DNA of 64,000 bases from Macrostomum lignano (taxonomy: Eukaryota). Shown here one piece after another: positions 40,253 through 52,234 of this stretch. The notes under the pieces were generated by a model. That model made no database searches. It saw nothing but the letters and a program-made list of their open reading frames with translations, and had not been told where the DNA came from. Both the position numbers and the translations under genes were made by a program. Position 1 is the first letter of the stretch. The number at the start of each line of letters is the position of its first letter. The DNA lies in assembly GCA_002269645.1 (NCBI GenBank), contig NIVC01002413.1:1-64000 (forward strand), given 5' to 3'.

Positions 40253-43200
40253 CAGACAGACACGCAGACAGACACGCAGACAGACACAGCAACAAGCACC
40301 TGGCTAAGATCGCAGCCCCTCTCATCGGACAGGGCCTTCTCCACAAAGCCCAGCACTCCGTAGGCCACTACCGGATAGCGCAGCGCTTTGATCAGGTCGC
40401 GCACGCTCTGCATAACGTGCTTATTACTCCGGCAGATATCAGAGGCCCGTTTAATAGCGGCCTCGGTGAGGCTGAGCTCCCCGCTGTGTCCAGTGTCCAA
40501 GGATGATGAAGAATCTCTAGCCGCAGCGGCTACGGCTAGCAAATAGACGTAGGTATGCAAATACTCGGCGTTGATCTCCTGAGACTCTGGCAGGAACAGG
40601 GCGTCGGTTAATAATTGAACGAATAGCGGCAGACGGAGAAGAGCGGCTGGCGGCGGGTCCTGCTGCTTGTAGAGCTGGTACAGGGTGAGCATGTCTGCCG
40701 GGTTCAGCTGCCGCTTGGCCAGCATGCTCTGCATGGCCGAGGTGGCCCTGCGGGTTGTTAGGGGGCATTGCGGCAGGTGGCTAGAGCTGGATAGAGCCAT
40801 TCTCATAGAGGGAGAGAGCTGGATAGAGGCTCCTTTTTAAGGTAGAAAGAGGACCACTGCAAAGGCGTATAGAGGACCACTCCCAAGGTGGATAGAGGAC
40901 CACTCCAGAGGTGGATAGAGGACCACTCCAGAGGTGGATAGAGGACCACTCCAGAGGTGGATAGAGGACCACTCCAGAGGTGGATAGAGGACCACTCCAG
41001 AGGTGGATAGAGGACCACTCCGGAGGTGGATAGAGGACCACTCCAGAGGTGGATAGAGGACCACTCCAGAGGTGGATAGAGGACCACTCCACGGGTGGAT
41101 AGAGGACACTCCAGAGGTTGATAGAGGACCACTCCACAGGTGGATAGAGGACCACTCCAGAGGTGGATAGAGGACTATCATCAAGGCAGATATAGGACCA
41201 CTCTCAAAGGGGATAGAGGAGACCACTCCCGAGGCGGGTAGAGGACCACTCCCAAGGAAAATAGAGGACCACTCCCAAGGCGGATAGAGGACCACTGCAA
41301 AGCGGACAGAGGACCACTGCAAAGCGGACAGAGGATCATTCAAAGACGGATAAAGGACCACTCAAAAGCCATAGAATGCTCCACCCCACAGCTACCTGGG
41401 ATAGTGATGAGCGCCGCACAGCTGCACAGAGTAGCGGCTGACATCGCGACCCCTGGCCAAGGCGGCCTTCTCCAGCTCTTGCCCCAGCCGCCGGACCGTG
41501 TGACCCCGGCCGTTCACTGGAGTCTGCGCCAGATTGTACAGCAGCACCTGGCTGAACAGGTAAGTAGCTTCGCCGTAACAGGCCATGTCTAACAATTGCT
41601 CCAGATCTTTCTCCATACTGCGATCGAATTCCTCTGCTAATAGTTTAGACAGGCTGGTGCTGAGATAGCGACAGAATACGGGCAGCTTAGCGCAGGCCGC
41701 TGGCACGTGCTTCATCTCTTCTTCGAATCCGCGCTCGGATATCTCCTGAAGAGTTGAAGGTTGAAGGCATTTTGGGGCGATTCTTGGCGAATTTTTAGGG
41801 CGATTCTTGGTGATCATTGGGGCGATTCTTGGCCATTTTTAGGGTGATTCTTGGTGATTTTTTGGGGCGATTCTTGGTGATTTATCGGGCGATTCTCAAA
41901 GTGATTTTAGGGCGATTCTTAAGTGATTTTTAAGGCGATTTTTAAGTGATTTTTGAGGCGATTCTTGGGGAATTCTTGGCGATTTTTGGTTCTTTTTGAG
42001 GCGATTCTTAAGTGATTATTGGGGCGATTATTGGTGATTTTTGTGGCGATTCTTGGCGATTTTTAAGCAATTTCTGGGGCAATTCTAGGTGATTTTTGAG
42101 GCGATTCTTGGCGAATTTTTAGGGCGATTCTTGGTGATCATTGAGGCGATTCTTGGCCATTTTTGGGGCCATTCTTGCCTATTTTTAGGGCGATTCTTGG
42201 TGATTTATCGGGCGATTCTTAAAGTGATTTTAGGGCGATTCTTAAGTGTTTTTTGAGGCGATTCTTGGGGATTCTTGGTTCTTTTTAAGGCGATTCTTAA
42301 GTGATTCTTGGGGCGATTCTTGGTGATTTTTGTGGCGATTCTTGGCGATTTTTAGGGCGATTCTTAAGCGATTTCTGAGGCGATTTCTGAGGCGATTCTT
42401 GGGGATTTTCGGGGAGATTCTTGGTGATTTTTGGGGCGATTTTTGATGATTTTTGGGGAGATTCTTGATAATTCTTGGTTCGATGCTCACGGTGATCTTA
42501 AGGCGATTTAAAGAAGATTCTTGGAAAGATTTTGGAGACTTCGAAGAAAATGAAGACGATAGTTTGGTAAAAACTTCGGACGAATCTTAAGATAACAATA
42601 TGACGATAATTTGTATAGTGATTTTTTGATTGATTCTAAACCAATTCAAGTCTATTCTAGCGGATTTCGCATAGTGCAATTTCTCACCTTAATAGCCCAA
42701 TTAAGAAAGGCGCAGGTTGAATGCCGCTGCGCCAGCTGATAAATTAAATCGCGCCACTGCCTAAACTGCACCAGCTCAGTTAGCCAGTTAAGAAAGGCCA
42801 CGGGATCCTCGGCAATGATGGATTCATCCACTGCGACTGGGTCGAATGCGGCGGTCACCCGGTCGGCCAGGCTGCTCTCAATTGACGATTTGGCGTCTTC
42901 GGCAGATTCGTCTGCGAAATTCACCAACCAATTGGCCAGGATGTTGCAGTGCTGCGCTGCGCCTTCGTAGCCGCCGACTAAATGCTCGGTGAGGGCCTCG
43001 GCGTCGCCGACCTCCAGCATGAAGGCGGCCATCTCGGCTAGGACCAGCTTGGAGTCCTCCATGATGAAGTCCGGCTGGGCCAGAGCTGCGCTCGCTGTTG
43101 TTGCTGATGCCGAGGAGCGCCGGGGTCCGGCACTGCCCTCTGCCTCAGAGATGTCGCGACTCTGCCGAAACGTAGAAGTTTTAGTATATATGGACTAACA

Positions 43201-43917
43201 CAAGAGACCCCCCACTGGGGGCTATTTCGGAAACATTAGTTTTAGTATATGTGGACTAGCACAAGAGACCCCCCACTGGGGGGCTATTTTGGAAACATTA
43301 GTTTTAGTATATGTGGACTAGCACAAGAGACCCCCCCCCCACTGGGGGCTATTTTGGAAACGTTAGTTTTAGTATATGTGGACTAGCACACGAGACCCCC
43401 CACTGGGGGCTATTGTGGAAACGCTACAGTTAGTATATGTGGACTAGCACACGAGACCCCCCCCCACTGGGGGCTATTTTGGAAATGGAAATGCTACAGT
43501 TATGTATACGTGGACTAGCACACGAAACCCCCCCCCACTGGGGGCTATTGTAGAAACGTTACAGTTTTAGTATATGTGGACTAGCACACAAGCCCCCCCA
43601 CTGGGGGCTATTGTGGAAACGTTACAGTTATGTATATGTGGACTAGCACATGAGACCCCCACTGGGGGCTATTGTGGAAACGTTACAGTTTTAGTATATG
43701 TAGATAGACAGGGGTTCTGAGCGAAGCACCTGAGCAATTCCGTTTAAGCTAATGTTTCCATTCCCATTCGAAAAAAAAATGCTAGCTAAAATGAAAAAAA
43801 AGAAAAATCAATAAATCAACGCATGCTCACCGTATCTTGAGCAGGCAAATCATCCGGTCCAAGAAGTCGTGGCGGCCGCTGCTCAAAGTCTTTAGAATCG
43901 TCAGCTTCTAAATCCAT
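39339..43917 (-). CDS. NELFCD: Negative elongation factor C/D (TH1-like). Exons 43917-43831, 43161-42688, 41745-41396, 40747-40300, 39884 to about 39339
   Basis: Colinear TH1 motifs: [107 protein letters not shown]. All four GT-AG junctions checked in phase. Exact 3' end less certain. Confidence 0.93.
39925..40290. repeat. (CAGA)n microsatellite filling NELFCD intron 4
   Basis: Seen directly. Confidence 0.95.
40845..41365. repeat. 23-bp minisatellite (GAGGACCACTCCAGAGGTGGATA)n in NELFCD intron 3
   Basis: Seen directly. Confidence 0.9.
41775..42520. repeat. Degenerate GGCGATTCTT-based tandem in NELFCD intron 2
   Basis: Dozens of ggcgatt(c/t)tt units. Confidence 0.85.
43190..43705. repeat. 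About 60-bp minisatellite with internal CCCCC-ACT-GGGGG hairpin in NELFCD intron 1
   Basis: About 9 units of gtatatgtggactagcac..gagaccccc.actgggggctatt. Confidence 0.9.
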
Positions 43918-44759
43918 TGTTTGATTTAGTTTCAAGAGCTTTCTATGCCTGCAACAATGCGTAATAGACTACAATTATGATGATTTAGAACAATATATAT
44001 ATACATAGCAAGGCGAATTCTATTTATCCTTACTATCCTACTGTCTACCATTAGCAGCTAAGAAAGTATGTTAGTAGTAGCTATTTTCTGCCAAGATTGA
44101 CTAAAATTTTTAAGGCGTCACGCGACTCAAGTGAGCGAATGGAAGTAGTAATCAAATTAATATACAATACTAATTAACTGAAAGTAGCTAAGCTAGCTTA
44201 TGCGGTGAATAAAAACAAATTCATTTTTAGGTAAGAGTAGACGAAAATTTATATCAAAGACATTTAAACATCGGCTTTATAATAAAATAGTATAATATGA
44301 TTTAAACTTGGAATGGTTTTAAGCAGAATATACCAATTTATAAATTAAAAAACTTTTTTCAGCTACTACTGTACTTACTGACATTTTTCTCAATTAACAA
44401 CACGAATTCAATAGATCGCACAGCAATAATACATGCATAAATTAAATAAATTTGTAGAAAATTAAAAAACTGTGTAATTCGGACGGATCGAGTGGATTAA
44501 GCAAGAGATTGGTGTAGTTTTTATGGTGCATAGATAACAGATATTGTAAACTTCTTGGAGACAAAAACAGCTATCTGATTAAAATGGACGCCAATTAGAA
44601 AAACGCAAGCCTGTTGCGTGAAACAACGCATTGGTGAAGGAAAAAAGATAGAAGAGTGGAAATGAGGTGTCATAATAGTATATGAGGTGTCAGAAAAGGC
44701 TGTTTGGAAAGCGTCAGTACGGGGCTAAAAGCGTCAGTGAGCAAATGAGGGATGTCAGA

Positions 44760-45485
44760 AAAGGCTGAGGGTGTCAGCAAGGAGCTAAGGGTGCTAAGGG
44801 TGTCAGCAAGGAGCTGAGGGTATCAGCAAGGAGCTGAGGGTGTCAGCAAGGAGCTGAGGGTGTCAGCAAGGAGCTGAGGGTGTCAGTAAGGAGCTGAGGG
44901 TGTCAGCAAGGAGCTTAGGGTGTCAGCAAGGAGCTGAGGGTGTCAGCAAGGAGCTGAGGGTGTCAGCAAGGAGCTGAGGGTGTCAGTATGGAGCTGAGGG
45001 TGTCAGCAAGGAGCTGAGGGTGTCAGCAAGGAGCTGAGGGTGTCAGCAAGGAGCTGAGGGTGTCAGTAAGGAGCTGAGGGTGTCAGCAAGGAGCTGAGGG
45101 ATGCCAGAAAAGGAGCTAAGGGTGTGTCAGCAAGGAGCTGAGGGTGTCAGAAAGGAGCTGAGGGTGTCAGCAAGGAGCTAAGGAGCTGAGGGTGTCAGCA
45201 AGGAGCTAAGGGTGTCAGAAAGGAGCTGAGGGTGTCAGCAAGCAAGGAGCTTAGGGTGTCAGGGAGCTGTCAGAAAGGAGCTGAGGGTGTCAGCAAGGAG
45301 CTGAGGGTGTCAGCAAGGAGCTGAGGGTGTCAGCAAGGAGCTGAGGGTGTCAGCAAGGAGCTGAGGGTGTCAGCAAGGAGCTGAGGGTGTCAGCAAGGAG
45401 CTGAGGGTGTCAGCAAGGAGCTGAGGGTGTCAGCAAGGAGCTGAGGGTGTCAGCAAGGAGCTGAGGGTGTCAGCAAGGAGCTACG
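44760..45485. repeat. 20-bp minisatellite (GTCAGCAAGGAGCTGAGGGT)n
   Basis: About 35 units between the SPATA7-like 3' end and the NELFCD promoter region. Confidence 0.95.
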
Positions 45486-45712
45486 AGTGTCGGGAAGGAG
45501 GTAAAGAGGGGGTGACCATGTACATTTGTTGAAAAACAAAAGCGCGTATCAACAACAATAAAATTGTTACAGACAGGGATTGAACTACAGATGTTTAAAA
45601 TATAATTTACACGTTTACGAGTACAAACTTTTTTGTTTTAGGTGGAAAATAAATAACCTCCACGTCATGAGTAGTAAGTAGTAAGTAGTATGTAAAGCAG
45701 TTTTGTTGATTT

Positions 45713-47493
45713 TCAACTACTAAATCGAACAGTTTTGCCCCTAGACGGCGATCCCACAATGGTGGTGGTTTGCATCGCTTCGAACTGGCCGGGGCGCAGC
45801 GTGGCGCCAAATTCGCTAATACTTCGTGCGTCCTCGTTGGCGCCATTCGGTCGGCGCCTTGCCTCGGCGCTTTCGCCGTCAATTTCGCTATCGCCCTCGC
45901 CATAGTGCTCGTCTATCTCATTGGCATCGCAAATCTGAGTACGAAGAGCGTCGTGAAAATCGTCTAGCGGAGTGACCGATCGGCTTCCGTCATTGTCGGG
46001 CTCCCTTGGTTCCCTTGGCAACGGGGTAGGAGTTTGAGCAGCGTCTATCTGACTGACCTCAGTGAGGGTTGGCGGGTCGTCATCGTCAGCACCAGCCGCT
46101 GATGGCGAGGAATGAATGGTGTCCATCGGTGGTGGATGCTGTCGGAGTTGTCGGGGCTGCAGCGGCTGCGGTGGCGGGGGCGGCTGCGGAGGCGGCGTTT
46201 GCTGCTGCAAGCCCACAGCAGTTCGGTAGCTGCCCGCCCCAGAGCGCGGTAGTGCATTATTATTATAACTATCTTCATCATCATCTTCATCGTCATCTCT
46301 GATGTCCAGATATTCGGCAATTAGCTGGCAGACCTGATCCATTTCGCGGGCTTTGAGTCGGCTTCGGTTTAATTCGACGTGTTTCTGCATTATGATGCGA
46401 ATCATGCTGCGGAGAAGATATTGAGGTGGGGGATCTATAGATATGGGAATATTGAAGCACGAGAAAATCCTCAATCGCGCAAGAATTCCAGTCGCGAGTC
46501 TTACCGATTAGATGAAACGCCCGAAGAAGTGATGTCCTTGATGATCGCCTCGGCAAACGGGTAATAGGCTTCATCAATTTTGCTAAAAATATGACGGGAT
46601 AAATTATTTAGCTTATACATTTTAAAATTAAAGCGTTACTCTGGTGAGTGGTGGGTCACCCAATCGGGTAGCGGGTTACCCAATGGGGTAATCCAGTGAG
46701 CAGGGGTCACCAAATGGAGTACTCCAGTGAGCAGGGGTCACCCAATGGGGTACTCCAGTGAGCAGGGAGCCACCCAAATCAAAGCACCACCTTACTTGAA
46801 CAGATTATTATAGGCGCTAGAGGAGGCTTCTCTATCTTCAGCTCCGCCGCGCCCATCCAGCACCCAGTTAGCTGTCCGCTTCTGCTGCTGACTCTGCTGC
46901 TGCACAGACTGCGCTTGATAAGCCAGCTCCAGCCGTTGCTGCTGCTCCTGAGCCTCCCGATGGGCCAGTCCGCCGTCGAACACGTCATAGGTTCCGTCGA
47001 ATCTTCTAGGCTGACGACGCTGCTGACTGCCGGCTGATGCGGCACGTCGCTGCTTAGCCGGCGGCCGGACGTACACCCCGCTAGCTACTAGGCGACTCTG
47101 AACTACCGGGCCTTTGGCTTTGTTAACCCTGGGCGTGAACGGTTTAGCCTCGGTGAATTTATCGCGATGACTGACTAGTAGGTCGCCCTGGGAAGTTTCC
47201 TCTTCTGGTTGGGGAGCGTTGAAAGCTGCCGAACTCGACAGCAGCCTGGTAGTTGCCAGCCGGTTGTTGGACTGACGAGCCGACACTGGCTGAGAAGGCG
47301 GCGGATCTTTAGCCAGTCGGCCGTCCCGTTGCAGTCTGTGCCGGAAAGTCTTCGGCAGGCCATTGTCTATGGTAGGCTTGGCCGAACAGACGCGCTTAAC
47401 GTAGTCAGATTTGGATTGGCTAATCATGAACTGCTTGTGAGCTGACTTGCCACTAACCATGCCTGTTAGACCTGTTCCACCGCGGGATGCCAT
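45713..47493 (-). CDS. SPATA7: SPATA7-like ciliary protein. Exons 47493-46796, 46582-46505, 46406-45713
   Basis: KRVCSAKPTIDNGLP (cf. NKILSAKAAVDCSVP); GDLLVSHRDKFTEAKPFTPR (cf. GDLLDKHSELFSNKQLPFTPR); YYPFAEAIIKDITSSGVSSNRMIRIIMQKH (cf. YLSFIEDVTDEILKLGLFSNRFLERLFERH). Both junctions are phase 2 and consistent. Confidence 0.75.
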
Positions 47494-47660
47494 TTGTTTA
47501 TTGGCTGCAAGCAGTAAATATGGCTGCTGTTGGAGAGGAAATAGTTTAAACTCTAACTCATTAACAGGTATGTATCTTAACTTTAGCCCCCAAAACACCC
47601 AAAGCATACAACGTGCATATGGCGTTGAAAATCTTAAATCTCCATAGGTGTGTAAGTTAA

Positions 47661-47961
47661 GGGAGTTGTAGCCTAGTTGTCAGAGTGCCAGACTCATGAC
47701 TTGAAGGTTGGGGGTTCGATTCCCGATCCCACTTAAACCAATATGTGTTCTTGAGCAAGACACTTAACTCTGCATTGGTTCAGTTCACACAGCTGTAAAA
47801 TGGGTGCCAGCATTAGCTGGGGTAATTGAGATTAAGGGTGTGTTTAACAACCCCCTCTCAGTCCTCAGACTGAACAGCCTTCAGATGCACCGCACAATAG
47901 CTGCAGCTGAGCTGTCAGTTGCACATCAATTAGAGCAGGTGAAATCAATTATTATTATTAT
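47661..47961 (+). mobile_element. tRNA-derived SINE family A, second copy, with (TTA)n tail
   Basis: A/B boxes (TAGCCTAGTTG, GGTTCGATTCCC), CORE-like cttgagcaagacacttaactctgcattg..cagttcac.cagctgtaaaatgggtgccagc; body aligns with 15142-15440. Confidence 0.8.
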
Positions 47962-50900
47962 CAACTCCCCAAGCCCAGGGACTTAGGAGTTGCCTTATAC
48001 AAAAGCTTTAAAACTGGCAATTTTGATTCATGTTTATTGCTCTGCCCAACTCCACCCATGAAATCAAAAGCTCCAATGGTATTTATTTTATTGTCTTTTT
48101 TATTCTTAGTTTCTGAATGGTCAATGTTACCAAATATGGGAACTCTGCATTCCTAAATCTATTTCTATTAATTATATATCCATATGTTGTTCTGTTAAAA
48201 AACCATCCATATCTATAACTTCAACAATGGAACTCAAGCTGCTATAATACAAGTTTTTTCCTATATGGGTTCATTCTAATTTTCAATGCTAATGAGCTTC
48301 TTTAAAGTATTTTAAAGTACATAGTAAATATAACATAAAAGTTGGAGTTCTGGATATAGAGGTTTTTAGGCAAAGCATATAGATACAGATATAGTAATGG
48401 GAATACATACTTTCTATATCTAGTAACATTGGCCATTCAATAGCTGAGATTTTTTAAAATAGAAGATCCTTGAAGCCTTGACTTCATTGGTAAAACAATA
48501 AAAAATAAAGAAAATTTGAAAATTTTTTAAGCTTTTAAAAGAGGAAGAGGAACTATAAAGTCCTTGGAGTTGGGGACTCAAGCAATAGATTTTCAAAACT
48601 TCAATATTTTCAATAATATTATTATATAGGGTGATTAAAGTGATAGGGGCTTAAGTTATAATGTATACAAGCTACTTTTGCTTATAATACAAAGGGCCTA
48701 ATGGAGCTTTTAAGTACCTGGGGTCAAGGACTCAAGAAATAGATTTTTCCTAAAGTGGCAATAAACTATTGCAAAATTAGTGCCCTTGCTTAATAAAATG
48801 TATGCTTAAACTTTATATAAAAAATAAAAAACCACTTAAATAATTATTTTAATTATTGTATAGTATTATATATCATTTTATAATACAAATTTGGTTTGAT
48901 TAAACAAATAAGAGATAAAAGCAAATATGCCCAACTTTGAAATTTCACCTAGCCATATAACTTACTTTTTGACCAAAAATGTGACTTATTTATGAAATAA
49001 ACCTTTAAAGAAAATTAATCTAATTTTGGGTAAATGGCAAGGGTAACTATGATATGACTATATTATTAGGGCTAAATGCCTTATAGTCTAATTAATACTA
49101 TATCTATATTTTTAGGTCAGCAATTTTTCAACTTACCTGGCTAGACCTTTTGCCACCTAGCCAAATTGGATAGGTCAGCCAAGCATTAGGCATGTATGAT
49201 TTTAAGCAATCATTTGCATCATAGTATACTTACTTAACATAAGAATTTGAAGCTTTCCAAAACTGACTTAATTGCTTTCTATTTTGTAATGATATCAAGT
49301 CTTGTTTGTAGCCTTATAGGGAAATTACTGATTAAATAATGTTCTTACTGATATTTATAATGCTAAAATAGTATACCTGGTGCAAAGATACAATCATGTT
49401 TTAGTCAATATGATAATATAGGAAAGTATAGCAAAAAGTAACATGATATAAAAAAGCAAAGAAAAGTATAGTACAATATTGCAAAGAGTAGGCCAAATAA
49501 TAGTATAGCATGGTTTAATAAAAGTAATATAGTTTTTTTTCTACTAGTGGCTAGTGCCTTTATAAAACACAAGCATTCTAAAAAAGTTATTTGATATATA
49601 ATAACATTGGCTATAATAGGATAAATACATATAATATATATGCACAACCCCCTGATTTATATTTGTTATATGACTTACTTTTTGACTAACAATGCAACTT
49701 GAACTTACCTATAAAAAACCCTAAAGCAATAATTAATACAATTGTAGGTAAATGGCAAGAGTAACTATGATTATCTTATTTAGGCTAAATGCCTGCCTCA
49801 TCATTTAATAAGTAGTATATCATATTTCTATATCTAATTCTTTTAGGTAGGCATTTTAGCAATTTATCCTTAGTCTACTATAATTTACAATATAATAGCT
49901 AGATTGGCCAGGTTGGCTAGCAGTTACATATGCTTTATATATATTTAGATTTATAAAATATATACTAAACAATTACTAGCTAACCTAGCTAATTTGGATA
50001 GCATAAATTGTGGTATACCAAGATTAAATTTTAAGTGTAGATTGGCTAGCCAATTGCTGTTAGCGGGGCCAGGGGGCTTGTCGTCACCCGTGTTTGGGGG
50101 TGCTTGGTCCGGGGGTGGGTGCGCCGCCCCCGGGGCGGGGGTGGGTGTCTGTGGGGCCTTTTTAGCCCCGTGCGTTATGCCCACCTCAGCCTATCTCTCC
50201 TCGCCAGCTTGCATGCATTAATAGTTTTTATATATACAAATAGTTTTTTCAAATGCTTTCTAAATATACTCGTGTCTTGTAAGTTGCCCATACAGGGTGG
50301 TAGGATGTTTTGCTTGTGCTCTCCAATCCTTGCCTTTGCTCTCTCCCTCCGGCCGTTCCGCTAAATGGAAAATAGAAAATTTTTGTTAATAATCATTACC
50401 AAATATCCAACTATTTTTTATTCTTGACAAAGCTATAAGAATTTGTGTAGGCCTATCAAAAGATTAAATGCACATATTCATATATTTATACCATAGGGCA
50501 TAGGTTATACTTTTTAAGTCTAATAATATATTTGACATTATATCTATCTATATCATTATATAAAATTGGTCTAGCAAAGTCTAACATAGAAAAGGTATCC
50601 AGCATAGCATAGTTTAGACCATGGTCTCAATAGAAATCTTAACCATTTATACATAGTCATATATAGCTTGTATATATATTCATATATTAGATATATGTTA
50701 TCTAATCACAAAATATAATCAAAATCAATATACAATAGAAATAATTTAACATTCAAAACTACAGGATAGTCAAAAGTTATTTAAACTGTATTACCAATTG
50801 GCAATTGTTAACCCTATACTATATACCTAATACCTATGAATCACTATCCAATTAATAAGATAAAGTGGCTCACTTAATGAAGAGTAGATAAATAAAGGTA

Positions 50901-51094
50901 AATATCAGCATGAAGTTAGTTATTTATTTATTTCCATCAATTAACCATTAACCATCAATTAAAAACTCAATTGATGAAATGCATCAGCAACATAAATAAA
51001 CTAATTTCATGTTGATATTTACTTTTACCTTTATTTACCAATTAATAAGATCTTTTAAAAGGTAAATGGATCCAGTAGCCTTATAGTAGAGCCA
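47900..51094. other. CpG-free AT-rich domain (probable decayed element) with a central GC/CpG island at 50064-50360
   Basis: No CG dinucleotide found by manual reading between 47893 and 50063 or between 50361 and 51094. Diverged internal duplications and a long inverted repeat are present. Confidence 0.6.
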
Positions 51095-52234
51095 CGCTCA
51101 ACTAGAAATTTTATACTTAAATTGTTTTAGTCATAGATTTTCGGCTAAATAAGTAGGCCTAGGCCTAGGCCTAGCTCAAAGATGTTAGGGGTTAGGGCCT
51201 ATCTATCATTTCATTTATATCATTTAGGCCTATTCATTTATCATTTATAAAACCATTTATGGCTAGTCAAAGAAAAACTAATAGGCCTAAATATTTTGCT
51301 TGAACCCTTTCAGGTCTTTCATACCGGATCATGATTTAGTACAGTACTGTACTATCGTCTATCGATTCGTATCGTACTTATCTCATCAATATTACTTTTA
51401 AGAAATTGCTTGTTGAGAGGCATTTTGAACCAATGCTGCTCAAAAGTGACCTGTTAAAACAACAGACACAAAGAAAAAGGCCCCAAAACTCGATATAAGA
51501 CTATATTAGTTGATATCTATTGCTTAAATTGCTTTTTAAAAAGTTTTCTGTGATAAATTTTATAATTCAAACCCACGAAATTAAAAACTTGGGAAGCATT
51601 CATTCTTAATTTGAAAATTGATAATTCAAGGAAACGATCGATATAAAATTCAGTGTCGAATATTTTTTTCTGTTTTTGTCACATTTAAAAACAAAAAATC
51701 TTTGAGCTGAAATCCTATCAATAATATCAATTCTTTTTTACCGATAGACCGTTTTAATACATATTTTTAAACCATACATTATACAGAATTAGGTAAAGAA
51801 AGTGACAGCTTAGTAGCAGTCTTTATTGTTAATTGGATAGATAGTTGTCGAAAAAAAATAATTTGTCCTTATGCTATTCTGAACTAGAAATTCGTTTTTA
51901 TGCTTATTTTGTTTTTATATTTCCTAGTTAATATTTTTTTAATTTCATTCATTCAAGCAACTGTTCTCTTGCAAACAATAAAAAATATTACTGCACTGTG
52001 TCTGTCAAAATTTAGTAAATGGCTTTACGATTACCACTTAGTTTCTTTGCTTCTGAAAAAAACTATTTTAATGACTAAAATTTTATGAATTCATTCAAAC
52101 CGCGAAATAAATCCTTATAGAACATTGAGGAAACTTTAAGCTAACAAATAAACTTTGCCATATAATTTTGTCTAAATTTATGGTGCTTTATCAGATTCAG
52201 CTACTTTATTGAATGCCATAAATGAAACATTCAG

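Noticed and set aside
51183-51197. Telomere-like TTAGGG pairs (also near 14925)
   Set aside because: Only two units; expected by chance or within TE debris.
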